A DNA stretch of 64,000 nucleotides, taken from NCBI GenBank assembly GCA_014727915.1, contig WJMO01000006.1:32001-96000 (forward strand), read 5' to 3'. Below, one piece after another: positions 1 to 9,166 of this stretch (its first letter is position 1; each line of letters begins with the position of its first letter). The stretch comes from Candidatus Altiarchaeales archaeon (GTDB lineage: Archaea > Altiarchaeota > Altiarchaeia > IMC4 > SCGC-AAA252-I15). The notes beneath the pieces were generated by a model. That model searched no databases and was not told the DNA's origin. It saw only the letters and a program-made list of their open reading frames with translations. Position numbers and translations under genes: made by a program.

Positions 1-46
1 GAAGATAAAGTCCGAGCTGAAGAGGCTTGAATCGCTCAGGAACGCC

Positions 47-379
47 TCATAGGATCTCCCTTGCTTTTCTCAAAGTTCCCGACGTCTTAACCGTGTTGAT
101 GATGGCCTTCTGCCGTCTTATCTCCTTCACAACAGCCATGCTGGACTTCAGCACGTCCACGCTGGAGTGGTTAACCTTCAATATCCCGCGCTTCTTCTCA
201 GGGTCGTAGTCCATGACCCACATCGACGTCCTGGAGGCTCCGAGCTCGCCGTGCAGGCGTAGCAGAGAACCCCAGACAGCGTCGACAACAGACTTCCTGT
301 CGGGTTTGGAATCGGAAATTACCTCGAACACTATGTACCTGTTTCTCTCTCTCAATGTCGGCTTCAGCGGTTTGGGCAT
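47..379 (-). CDS. rnp2: Ribonuclease P protein component 2 (Pop5/Rpp14 family)
   Basis: N-terminal 'PTLRERNRYIVFEV' and C-terminal 'SGTLRKA' are typical of archaeal Pop5; 110 aa. Confidence 0.9.
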   Translation of the reverse strand: MPKPLKPTLRERNRYIVFEVISDSKPDRKSVVDAVWGSLLRLHGELGASRTSMWVMDYDPEKKRGILKVNHSSVDVLKSSMAVVKEIRRQKAIINTVKTSGTLRKAREIL

Positions 380-382
380 CTT

Positions 383-1351
383 TCAGTTCAGGTAAACGTA
401 GAATAGGCTGTAACCTCCGTTTATGAAGTGGCTGCGGTCGAAGAAGCCGCCTATCACAAGCCCATGATCCGGGGCGTAGGTCAGCTTACCCTCCCGGACC
501 TCGGTCTTGTGGGGAACCTCCCATGTGGGCCCGACTATCTGCACGCGGGCGCCGTTGTCAATCCTGTTCAGCATGCGTATCGTGTACCCATTGTATGTTC
601 GTTCGCACATCTCACTGCCCAATTGCGTGCAAGACAACCCGCCTATTGTGAGCAGAGAGGCCTGCTCCGGTATGGAGTAGAGGTCCTCCTTGTTTATCTT
701 CATGTAGATGGTCGGCTGGTCCGGGGCGTCGTCGTAGTCTATCACCTTGAACCGCAGGTAGTCGACGAAGCTCTCGCCGGTCGAGAGGGGCCTCCGGTCC
801 TCTATGCCATCCGGGGTTTCGATCTCAACATAGTATTTCAGCTGGTCTCCAGTGCCGGTCTTCTCGTCCAAGCGGAACTTGTATCCAGTGGTCTTGAACT
901 CCCTCCAAGCGCCCTTGAGCTTGAAAACCTCGCACTCGTCCGAGCACGGCCCCCCGCAGTCGATGTATTCCTCGCCCTGGTTCCGGACGCCGTCAGCGCA
1001 TGAGGCCGCAGCCAATGTGGTGGTGGGAGCGAGGGTAGTGGGGGTCAAGGTCGTGGTGGGAGAGATCGTGGAGGGCGCGGACCCGGGTGTGGTAGGCGTG
1101 GACGTTAGGGTTGTCGCAGTTGCCGCGACCGTCGGGTTAGTTGGCGCCATTGTCGTTGCAGGCGTCTCCTGGCTGTCGCATATGCTGTTGTCGTTCCGGT
1201 CCAGGCAACATTCACTCCCAACCTGGATGTAAGGCGGGGTACAGTATTCTCCGTCATCGCCGTCGGACGACCCCATGCCGGGAAGGCCGCCTCCGCAGCA
1301 GATGCAACCAGACAACATCCCAAAAAGTGCTAAAACAATGATTAAACGCAT
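383..1351 (-). CDS. Cys-rich surface lipoprotein-like protein with Thr/Pro-rich stalk
   Basis: Hydrophobic signal ending LSGC; motif CTPPYIQVGSECCLDRNDNSICD; T/P-rich linker; CADGVRNQGEEYIDCGGPC repeat. The start could also be 1366 or 1360. Confidence 0.7.
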   Translation of the reverse strand: MRLIIVLALFGMLSGCICCGGGLPGMGSSDGDDGEYCTPPYIQVGSECCLDRNDNSICDSQETPATTMAPTNPTVAATATTLTSTPTTPGSAPSTISPTTTLTPTTLAPTTTLAAASCADGVRNQGEEYIDCGGPCSDECEVFKLKGAWREFKTTGYKFRLDEKTGTGDQLKYYVEIETPDGIEDRRPLSTGESFVDYLRFKVIDYDDAPDQPTIYMKINKEDLYSIPEQASLLTIGGLSCTQLGSEMCERTYNGYTIRMLNRIDNGARVQIVGPTWEVPHKTEVREGKLTYAPDHGLVIGGFFDRSHFINGGYSLFYVYLN

Positions 1352-1441
1352 GAGAATCATATACATATGGAAGTTCCGGCTTTAAAATATGAGTTGGGGG
1401 ATTCGTATTTATATGGTGGACTACATAATATTGGTTTTAGG

Positions 1442-2683
1442 ATGGTTGGAGTGCCTGGCGGAAAACTACTCATAAAAAACGCAGCAACCCCCCATTCCCG
1501 GTCTACAACGGACATACTCGTGGAAGACGGGGCGATATCAGCCGTGGGAACCCTTGAGGGCGAGGGAATGGACGTCGGAGGCAGGCTTGTAATGCCCGGA
1601 TTCGTGAACGTTCACACCCACCTGGACAAGGCGGACCTGCTTTCGAAGATGAGCCCCGACCAGTACGGGAAGTCCCTGGAGGAGAACCGGGAGCTACTGA
1701 AAGCCTTAAAGAAAAACTATAGGGTGGAGGAGATAAGAGAGCGAGCTGGAAGGGTGATAGACGAGTTCATCGCCAACGGCGTGACAGCCATCAGAACACA
1801 GGTGGACGTCGACGCAACCGGCGGTCTGAAGCCCTTGGAAGCATTGACCCAGCTCAGGGATGCTTCAAGAGCGGAGCTTCAAATCTGCGCGTTCCCCCAG
1901 GAGGGTGTTCTGAGGGAGGATTGCCTGGGCCGTGTAGAGGACGCCCTGAAGTCCGGCGCGGACCTTCTGGGAGGCCTTCCCCTGGTGGAGAAGACGCGGG
2001 AGGAGCAGCTGCAGCACATCGAAGTTCTATGCGAGCTGGCCGTTAAACACGATGTGGACCTGGAGGTGCAGGTTGACGAGAGCAACAACCCCGAGGACTT
2101 CCTATTGCCGGTGCTCGCGGAGAAGACGATAGAGTATGGGCTGCAGGGCAGGGTTAGCGCGACACACTGCATCTCGCTCTCCGCAGTCGATGATAAGATC
2201 GCGCAGGAGACTATCAGGCTGGTCAAGGAGGCCATGATGAACGTGATAGTCACTCCCAGCGCCAACATGATAACCAGGTTCGACACGGCAGACGACGTTC
2301 ACAGCAGGGCAAGCAACAGCATAACACGAGTGAAGGAGCTGTTAGCGGCGGGAGTGAACGTGGCTGTTGGGACGGACAACATACGCGACATATTCTACCC
2401 TTTGGGGAACTGCAGCATGCTAAGGGAGTTGCATGTGCTCGCATCAGCCACGAGGATGACTGGGGAGGAGGATCCCGTGAGGCTGCTGGGCATGGGCTCA
2501 GCCAATGGGGCGAGCATAATGGGCTTGAACTACGGGCTGGAGAAGGGATGCACTGGGGACCTGATAGTCTTGAACGCCAGGAACGCGAGGGAAGCTCTAA
2601 ACACGACGCCTGTGATACCATATGTAATAAAGGGAGGGCATGTCGTTTGCGAATCAGTTCATGAGGTGGAACATGGAGGATAA
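1442..2683 (+). CDS. Cytosine deaminase-like amidohydrolase
   Basis: 'MPGFVNVHTHLDKA', 'AFPQEG', 'SATHC' and 'GTDNIRDIFYPLGN' match the CodA-type amidohydrolase family; start chosen at internal ATG 1442. Confidence 0.8.
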   Translation: MVGVPGGKLLIKNAATPHSRSTTDILVEDGAISAVGTLEGEGMDVGGRLVMPGFVNVHTHLDKADLLSKMSPDQYGKSLEENRELLKALKKNYRVEEIRERAGRVIDEFIANGVTAIRTQVDVDATGGLKPLEALTQLRDASRAELQICAFPQEGVLREDCLGRVEDALKSGADLLGGLPLVEKTREEQLQHIEVLCELAVKHDVDLEVQVDESNNPEDFLLPVLAEKTIEYGLQGRVSATHCISLSAVDDKIAQETIRLVKEAMMNVIVTPSANMITRFDTADDVHSRASNSITRVKELLAAGVNVAVGTDNIRDIFYPLGNCSMLRELHVLASATRMTGEEDPVRLLGMGSANGASIMGLNYGLEKGCTGDLIVLNARNAREALNTTPVIPYVIKGGHVVCESVHEVEHGG

Positions 2684-3581
2684 GGGATTGGACAGTCTTT
2701 TGAAGGAATCATATGACCTGCACTTCCACATAGGCCCGGACATACTGCCAAGGAAGCACACGGTAGAAGACCTTGTGAAGGCCGAAGAGGGCAGGATAAA
2801 GGGCATCGCGTTGAAGAGCCATAGCTTCCCAACCATAGCCTTGATAAACGGGATAGAGGACCATATGGGGCTTGACCTCGTTGGTTCGGTAACGTTGAAC
2901 TATTTCATGGGCGGCTTCAACGAGTCGGCCATATACGCCAGCTCTGTGATGAGCCGTGACCTGCCCATAATCGTCTGGTTCCCCACCGTGCATGCCGAGA
3001 ACCATCTGATACAGAACAAGAGCGACTATGAGATACCCCCGGAGTGGGTGAAGGACCCGTCGTTCAAGCCGAGGCCCAAGACAGACCTGAAGGCCATAAA
3101 GGTGACGAACTGGGCGGGTAAGCTGATAAGGAAGGCCAACAACTGCCTTAACACGATGGCTGAGAACGAGTGCATACTCGCGACAGGCCACGTATCCTGG
3201 AGGGAGGCGGAGCGCCTCGCCGAGGAGGCGTTGGACAGGGGCATCACCACGATAATCACACACCCCATGCAGAGGGATATCGCGATGCCCTTGGAGAAGC
3301 AGGTCGAGTTGGCAGGTAAGGGAGCGTATATCGAATACTGTTACATCATGTACCTGGACCGGGACAACCCCGGGGACTACCCAGTGGAGGAGCAGGTGAA
3401 TGCCGTAGAGGAGATAGGAACAGACAATGTGGTCCTGACCTCGGATGCTGGGCAGAACAAGAACCCCGGCGCCAGCCAGAGCATGAGAGATTTTGTGAAA
3501 CTGCTCGGGGATAAGGGCCTGGGGGAGAAGGACTTCAGGAGGATGATAGTGGAAAACCCCAGGAAGATACTGGGGTTGTGA
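2673..3581 (+). CDS. Metal-dependent TIM-barrel hydrolase (DUF6282-like)
   Basis: 'DLHFHIGPD', 'LKSH', 'ATGHVS', 'ITHP' and 'LTSDAGQ' motifs; overlaps the upstream stop. Confidence 0.7.
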   Translation: MEDKGLDSLLKESYDLHFHIGPDILPRKHTVEDLVKAEEGRIKGIALKSHSFPTIALINGIEDHMGLDLVGSVTLNYFMGGFNESAIYASSVMSRDLPIIVWFPTVHAENHLIQNKSDYEIPPEWVKDPSFKPRPKTDLKAIKVTNWAGKLIRKANNCLNTMAENECILATGHVSWREAERLAEEALDRGITTIITHPMQRDIAMPLEKQVELAGKGAYIEYCYIMYLDRDNPGDYPVEEQVNAVEEIGTDNVVLTSDAGQNKNPGASQSMRDFVKLLGDKGLGEKDFRRMIVENPRKILGL

Positions 3582-3625
3582 AAACACGGGAAAGACAGGC
3601 AAACACTTGGCTTTCCTTAGTTATT

Positions 3626-4099
3626 CTACTGCTTGAATGTTTCACGCCTTCTGAGGACATCCTCGAGCACCTCAACGTCACCGTAGCTCAGCATGACCTT
3701 GGAATCAGAGGTCGTGGGCATGGTAGCCGCCCTTTCCATCCCCGGGTTGGCTGCCCTCTTTTCCTCGTAGCTGGAGGACTTCAACCTCCCGAACTCCTCC
3801 GCTGCGAGAGCGAGTATCGCAGCGTTGGAACCGGTGGATTCAAGATAGCCTATGGTCCTACCCGCGAGTTCCCGCCCTCCAGAACCCATTCCCTCGAGCT
3901 TGCCCGGATCGAGGAGAGTATCCTGTGAAAGCACGTATTTTGTATAAGGATGTGAGACGCCATGGACGATGCAGTCGGTTGCCGCAGCCTTCAGACCAGG
4001 CGACATCCTGACCTTGGATGCTTCTACCTCCTGGGGGTCTGGCAGCGTCTGCAGGGTTACGAGCCTGTGTGGTGGAACACCAGCGGTTTTGTTATTCAC
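3626..4099 (-). CDS. Hypothetical protein
   Basis: 157-aa ORF with ATG, co-oriented after pyrF; no recognisable motif. Confidence 0.5.
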   Translation of the reverse strand: MNNKTAGVPPHRLVTLQTLPDPQEVEASKVRMSPGLKAAATDCIVHGVSHPYTKYVLSQDTLLDPGKLEGMGSGGRELAGRTIGYLESTGSNAAILALAAEEFGRLKSSSYEEKRAANPGMERAATMPTTSDSKVMLSYGDVEVLEDVLRRRETFKQ

Positions 4100-4138
4100 T
4101 GTATAGGATATAAGGCAAGCCAGAGTATAAAATGGAAA

Positions 4139-4933
4139 CTATCTGACCTGCATTCGTTCGTTGTACTGTTGAGCCGCCCTCCCGGGGTTGTCGTTGTAGA
4201 TTATGTTCCTGCCGACGTTTATGATTATGTTCTTGCCCGCGTTCTGGAGTATCTTCTTAGCGTCCCCCCCCTGGCTGCCGACGCCTGGGAAGAGCATTAT
4301 AGTGTCATCGCCGACTGACTTCCTTATCTTCTGTATGTCAACCTCCCGTATGTGGGACGTGGCTCCCACAACGACGCCGTCGGACCGCGCGGACTTTACG
4401 TCCTCGGCGACCCTTACGAACAATGGCGTCTGGTTGAACCTGGTCTTCTTCTGGAAGCCCTCAGCCTCCGGGTTGCTCATGAGGTCCAACACGATGATGC
4501 CCAGCTCACGGTGGTGTGCCATGTCAGTAGCCTCCCTTATGTTGCCCGCGTAGGGGCTGAAGGTGATCGCATCGAATCCGCACTTCTGAGCCCAGTAGAA
4601 CGCGCTGTCGTTTGTTGACCCGATGTCCCCCAGTTTATGGTCGAGTATGGACAGAAGCCCATAGCTGTGTATCAGCTGGTTCAGGCTCTCCAGCTTGTTA
4701 TAGCTCAATGCGAAGAGCATATACTGTGAGTTAATCTTCACTGCACAGCAGTTCTCCTGGACAGAATCCACTACTTCCATGCTGAACTGCATCAGCACAT
4801 CGCCGAGGTCGCCCGGGTACTGTTTCTTGATGACATCAGACCTCCGCTGATCGGGCAGCGCAGGATCCAATCCAACGCACAATACGCTGCTCTTCTCATC
4901 CCTCGCCCTAACATACTCGTCTATGAAACCCAT
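4139..4933 (-). CDS. pyrF: Orotidine 5'-phosphate decarboxylase
   Basis: 'LCVGLDP', 'ILDHKLGDIGST', 'MSNP', 'VVGAT', 'PGVGSQGG' and 'NVGRNI'. Confidence 0.95.
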   Translation of the reverse strand: MGFIDEYVRARDEKSSVLCVGLDPALPDQRRSDVIKKQYPGDLGDVLMQFSMEVVDSVQENCCAVKINSQYMLFALSYNKLESLNQLIHSYGLLSILDHKLGDIGSTNDSAFYWAQKCGFDAITFSPYAGNIREATDMAHHRELGIIVLDLMSNPEAEGFQKKTRFNQTPLFVRVAEDVKSARSDGVVVGATSHIREVDIQKIRKSVGDDTIMLFPGVGSQGGDAKKILQNAGKNIIINVGRNIIYNDNPGRAAQQYNERMQVR

Positions 4934-4987
4934 AATCGCCACATCCTCTTATATCCAATATGATTCAGGTTTAGTAAAGTTATGGTT

Positions 4988-5761
4988 TCAGCATCCACCT
5001 TCGAACCTCCTCTTGGACCCTGAAGCATCCCTCGAATAAACCCCGAATTCGGTGTCCTTAAGCTCCGAACCCCTGAAGACCGGGCCTTCCTTGCAGACGC
5101 GCATACCAGCAAGCGAGCAGGAACCACATATGCCGATCCCGCACTTCATGTACCTCTCAAGCGACAGCTGACATGGGACTCCCTCACTGGCGCACAGGTC
5201 CATGACCTTCTTCATCATCACCTCGGGGCCGCAGGCATACACGCAGCTGAAACGCTCGGCATCAAGTAGGGATGCCAACAGCCGGTCCGGGAAAGACTTC
5301 TCCCCTGCGGACCCGTCATCCGTCGCAATGCGAACCTGGAAACCACTTTCTCTGAACTCGTCCGCGAACAGCAGCTCATCCTCCGTCCTGGCCGATACTA
5401 TGGCATGGCCCTTCAGCTTGTCCTTCAGCGGCCTCAGCGGGGCTACCCCGCAGCCTCCCCCTACGAGGCAGACGTTCCCAGCCACATACTCGAAGCCCCT
5501 GCCATAGGGGCCCCTGAAACCGACAGAATCCCCCCTGCCAAGCATGAAAAGATGAGAAGTGAACGTGCCCACCTTCTTGACCGTGACTGCGACCTTACCG
5601 GACACGTTGCTGAAACTCATGGGCTTCTCGTTCACGCCCGGGATCCACAGCATGCAGAACTGGCCCGGCTTTGCATCGACCTCCACGTCCAATGTGAAGG
5701 TCCGGTGCATGCCTGAGTGGATCTCAACGTCCAGGATCCCGACCATCTCAGGCCTATCCAT
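4988..5761 (-). CDS. pyrK: Dihydroorotate dehydrogenase electron transfer subunit
   Basis: 'PGQFCMLW', 'GGGCGVAPL', 'ACGPEVMM' and 2Fe-2S motif 'CGIGICGSC...VCKEGPVF'; start overlaps the pyrD end. Confidence 0.93.
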   Translation of the reverse strand: MDRPEMVGILDVEIHSGMHRTFTLDVEVDAKPGQFCMLWIPGVNEKPMSFSNVSGKVAVTVKKVGTFTSHLFMLGRGDSVGFRGPYGRGFEYVAGNVCLVGGGCGVAPLRPLKDKLKGHAIVSARTEDELLFADEFRESGFQVRIATDDGSAGEKSFPDRLLASLLDAERFSCVYACGPEVMMKKVMDLCASEGVPCQLSLERYMKCGIGICGSCSLAGMRVCKEGPVFRGSELKDTEFGVYSRDASGSKRRFEGGC

Positions 5762-6674
5762 GGGCCACCCCGACAAGTTCTCTGAGCTTCTGGACTCCAC
5801 GGCGTTTCATGAACTCCTCAATCTCCCTGCTGACCTCCCGGAAGACGTTAAGGCCTTGGTAGTATACGCCAGTGCCTATCCCAACAGCTGACGCGCCGGC
5901 CATTATCATCTCGACCGCGTCCAAGCCCTTAGCAACCCCACCTGTCCCTATCACCGGGACCTTGCCGCGTGTGGCCTCGTAGACGTCGTAGACGCACCTG
6001 ACCGCGATGGGCTTGACTATGGGACCGCTCATACCCCCGACTTTGAAGTCCAACACTGGCTTGCCAGATTTTGTCTCTATGACCATCCCCGGGCCGAGGG
6101 AGTTGCCCATGTTCAACGCCTTGGCCCCGGCCTTCACCGCTGACTTCGCGATCTCCCCCAGGTCCAGGGAGTTGGGAGACATCTTAACTATGACGGGCAG
6201 CTTCGCCTTGCTGCACACCCTTTTGGTGATCTCGAACGTAGCTTCTGGAGTTCCCTGGCCGGCGAGCAATCCTAGGCCTGGAGTGTGCGGGCATGAGAGG
6301 GCAAGCTCTATCGCGGAGAACTCCAGGGCGGACATCTCCTCCGCCAGGTAGGTGAATCCCTCCGCATCCTCTGCGACTATGCTGGCTATCACAGGCACTC
6401 CGACCGACGATACCGCGGCGAACTCCAGCTTCGCATTCTCCAACCCCATGTTGCAGTATCCGATCGCGTTCAGGAAGCCGCCCTCAACCTCCACCACTGT
6501 CGGGTTGGGGTGTCCGGATTTCGGGTCCTTGGATATTGACTTTATCGTTACAGCGCCGGCGCCGGAGTCGGCGACCTTCTTCAAAGAGGCCTTGTCGGAG
6601 CCCATTATCCCCGAAGCCAGGATTGTGGGGTTCTTAAGGCGGATTCCAGCCAGTTCCACGGAAAGGTCGGCCAT
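5754..6674 (-). CDS. pyrD: Dihydroorotate dehydrogenase B, catalytic subunit
   Basis: 'LKNPTILASG', 'GHPNPTVVE', 'SCPH' and 'GGMSGPIVKPIA'; true start MADLSV at 6674. Confidence 0.95.
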   Translation of the reverse strand: MADLSVELAGIRLKNPTILASGIMGSDKASLKKVADSGAGAVTIKSISKDPKSGHPNPTVVEVEGGFLNAIGYCNMGLENAKLEFAAVSSVGVPVIASIVAEDAEGFTYLAEEMSALEFSAIELALSCPHTPGLGLLAGQGTPEATFEITKRVCSKAKLPVIVKMSPNSLDLGEIAKSAVKAGAKALNMGNSLGPGMVIETKSGKPVLDFKVGGMSGPIVKPIAVRCVYDVYEATRGKVPVIGTGGVAKGLDAVEMIMAGASAVGIGTGVYYQGLNVFREVSREIEEFMKRRGVQKLRELVGVAHG

Positions 6675-6726
6675 GCTGTAACCTATTACCATAGGATTAA
6701 TATTAATGGATTCCAAATATTCCCCC

Positions 6727-7644
6727 ATGAAACCTAAGATACTGGCAGCCAGCAAGATCCACGATATCGCATTGGACAAGGCGAGGGAGTTCGCTGACGT
6801 GGACTTGAAGACGGACCTCAGCGAGGAGGAGCTGATAGGGATAATAGGAGAATACGACGCTATAATAGTGAGGAGCAAGCCGACGGTCACGCGGGCGATG
6901 ATAGAGGCAGGCGGCAGGCTGAAGGCCATAGGCCGAGCGGGGGTTGGATTGGACAACGTGGACCGGGAAGCCGCTAAGGAGAAGGGCATCGAGGTCGTCA
7001 ACTCCCCGGAGGCTTCGACCATCAGCGTCGCCGAGCACGCGATAGGTTTGATGCTGGCGTTGGCGAGGAAGGTGCCCCAGGCGGACAATCACGTTCGCGG
7101 CGGGGGATGGGACAGGAAGAGCTTCCTAGGCAACGAGTTATACGGCAAGAACTTGGGTTTGATAGGCTTCGGCCGTATAGGAAGGGAGGTCGCCATGAGA
7201 GCGAGAGCGCTCGGCATGGAGATATTGACCTACGACCCTGCCATCACATCCGAGGACGCCCGCGAATACAACGCCAGATGCTGCATGAACATGGATGAGC
7301 TGCTAGAGGACTCGGATGTTATAAGCCTCCACGTTCCCGCGATACCCGAGACAAAGGACTTGATAAACGCTGAGACGCTCAAGAAGATGAAGCCCTCGGC
7401 GTTCCTGGTGAACACGTCAAGGGGTCATGCGGTTGACGAGGACGCGCTCTACGATGCTCTGAAGAACGGTGAGATCGCGGCAGCCGCATTGGACGTGTAC
7501 AAGAGCGAGCCACCGGAGGGCACCAAGCTGGTCGAGTTGGGGAATATTATCCTTGTACCTCACCTTGGAGCCAACACCGACGAGGCGCAGATAAACGCGG
7601 GCACGGTTGTGGTCGAGAAGATAAGGAAGATACTTACAGGTTAG
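6727..7644 (+). CDS. serA: D-3-phosphoglycerate dehydrogenase-like D-2-hydroxyacid dehydrogenase (short form, no ACT domain)
   Basis: 'IGRAGVGLDNVD', 'SVAEHA', 'GFGRIG', 'NTSRG' and 'PHLGANTDEAQ'. Confidence 0.8.
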   Translation: MKPKILAASKIHDIALDKAREFADVDLKTDLSEEELIGIIGEYDAIIVRSKPTVTRAMIEAGGRLKAIGRAGVGLDNVDREAAKEKGIEVVNSPEASTISVAEHAIGLMLALARKVPQADNHVRGGGWDRKSFLGNELYGKNLGLIGFGRIGREVAMRARALGMEILTYDPAITSEDAREYNARCCMNMDELLEDSDVISLHVPAIPETKDLINAETLKKMKPSAFLVNTSRGHAVDEDALYDALKNGEIAAAALDVYKSEPPEGTKLVELGNIILVPHLGANTDEAQINAGTVVVEKIRKILTG

Positions 7645-7645
7645 G

Positions 7646-9166
7646 ATGAGCGGGGACGTTGGGGTTGACAAAAAAGACGTCAGCCGTAAGGCTGCTGAAC
7701 ACGGGCTCATACTGAGCTCTGTCGCCCTTGACAGGATACTGGAACTTGGGCTGGACTACGACGATATTCTGAAAGACGCCAAAGAAGCAGGCGAGTGGTT
7801 CATCAGCCCGGAGTACATCGACTCCCTGATAGTGGAGGATAAGGAGAGAACATGCGAACCATCCGCGTCCGAAGATAGGGTTGAGGTTGTGAAGACGCGG
7901 AAGCCGGCAGCCTGCGACATAGAATCGCGTCTTAAGATAAGGGAGGACAGCGACGTCACGGGCAAGAGCACGTGCTCAGCCCAGTTGGAAGACTTCACAG
8001 CATACTTCAACACCAGGTATGAGAACATCAGGGGCGTGATCCAGGAGAGGGTGGAGTACAAGACCCCCCTCACATTGGAAGACCTGAGAAGCAAGAAAGC
8101 GGGAGACAGGGGGCGTATCATCTGCATCGTCAACGAACGGCGGGAGAGCAGCAAAGGCTACAAGTTCCTGGAGGTCGAGGACCAGACGGGAGAGGCCACC
8201 GTGCTGATATCAGGCAACGACGAGAGGCTTGCCGCAGCCTACGAACGCATACTACCAGACGAGGTGATAGGCGTCGAGGGGGTTTTGAAGGGCGACCTGT
8301 TCATAGCCTCCGACATAACCCAACCGGACATACCCTTGAACCACCCCCGCCGCTACGCTGACGAGGAGGTCTACGCAGCCTTCATATCGGACATACACGT
8401 GGGAAGCTACCTCTTCCTGGAGAGGGAGTTCCAGAGCTTCATCGACTGGCTGAACGGAAGAGGGAACCGCAGGGACGTTTCAGAGAAGGTCAAGTACCTC
8501 TTCGTCGCCGGCGACCTGGTGGACGGCATAGGCATATACCCCGAGCAGGAGAAGGAGCTCACCATACCAGACATCAGCAAACAGTACGAGTTTCTCGGAA
8601 TACTGTTGGAAGAGGTCCCAGACCACATAGAGGTCGTGTTGGGGATGGGAAACCACGACGCGGTGAGGAACGCCGAGCCCCAACCGATGGTGGGCAGGGA
8701 GGTGGCGGAATCATTGCATGAGCTGCCTAACGTCAGGGTTACAGGGAACCCTGTGAGGTTCCAGGCGCACGGGGTCGAGTTCCTAATGTACCATGGCACC
8801 TCATTGGACACGATAATAGGCAATCTCTCGGGCTGCACTTACAGCAGGCCCGAGACCGCTATGATAGAATACCTGAAGAGGCGGCATCTAGTGCCCACAT
8901 ATGGGAAGGACAGCATATCCCCTGAGAACAAAGATTACCTCTTCATCGGGGACGTCCCGGACGTCTTTCACTGCGGGCACGTCCACACCAACGGTTACAG
9001 CCTGTACCGCGGCGTCAACGTCATAAACTCAGGGACCTGGCAGGCCAAGACCGAATACCAGGAGAGGCTAGGCCACCAGCCCACACCCGCCCTGGTCCCG
9101 GTCATGAACCTCCAGAACCACGAGGTCAGCATGTTGGATTTCAGCGGAAATGGACGAAAACGTTAG
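7646..9166 (+). CDS. polB: DNA polymerase D small subunit DP1
   Basis: OB fold plus calcineurin-like motifs 'SDIHVGS', 'AGDLVDGIGIYP', 'GNHD', 'LKRRHLVPTYG' and 'GHVH'. Confidence 0.96.
   Translation: MSGDVGVDKKDVSRKAAEHGLILSSVALDRILELGLDYDDILKDAKEAGEWFISPEYIDSLIVEDKERTCEPSASEDRVEVVKTRKPAACDIESRLKIREDSDVTGKSTCSAQLEDFTAYFNTRYENIRGVIQERVEYKTPLTLEDLRSKKAGDRGRIICIVNERRESSKGYKFLEVEDQTGEATVLISGNDERLAAAYERILPDEVIGVEGVLKGDLFIASDITQPDIPLNHPRRYADEEVYAAFISDIHVGSYLFLEREFQSFIDWLNGRGNRRDVSEKVKYLFVAGDLVDGIGIYPEQEKELTIPDISKQYEFLGILLEEVPDHIEVVLGMGNHDAVRNAEPQPMVGREVAESLHELPNVRVTGNPVRFQAHGVEFLMYHGTSLDTIIGNLSGCTYSRPETAMIEYLKRRHLVPTYGKDSISPENKDYLFIGDVPDVFHCGHVHTNGYSLYRGVNVINSGTWQAKTEYQERLGHQPTPALVPVMNLQNHEVSMLDFSGNGRKR

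Noticed and set aside
1-52. 3' end of a plus-strand gene (KIKSELKRLESLRNAS*)
   Set aside because: Plausible but too short to identify
6675-7088. N-terminal extension of PyrD
   Set aside because: Antisense shadow of the serA-like gene; the real start is 6674
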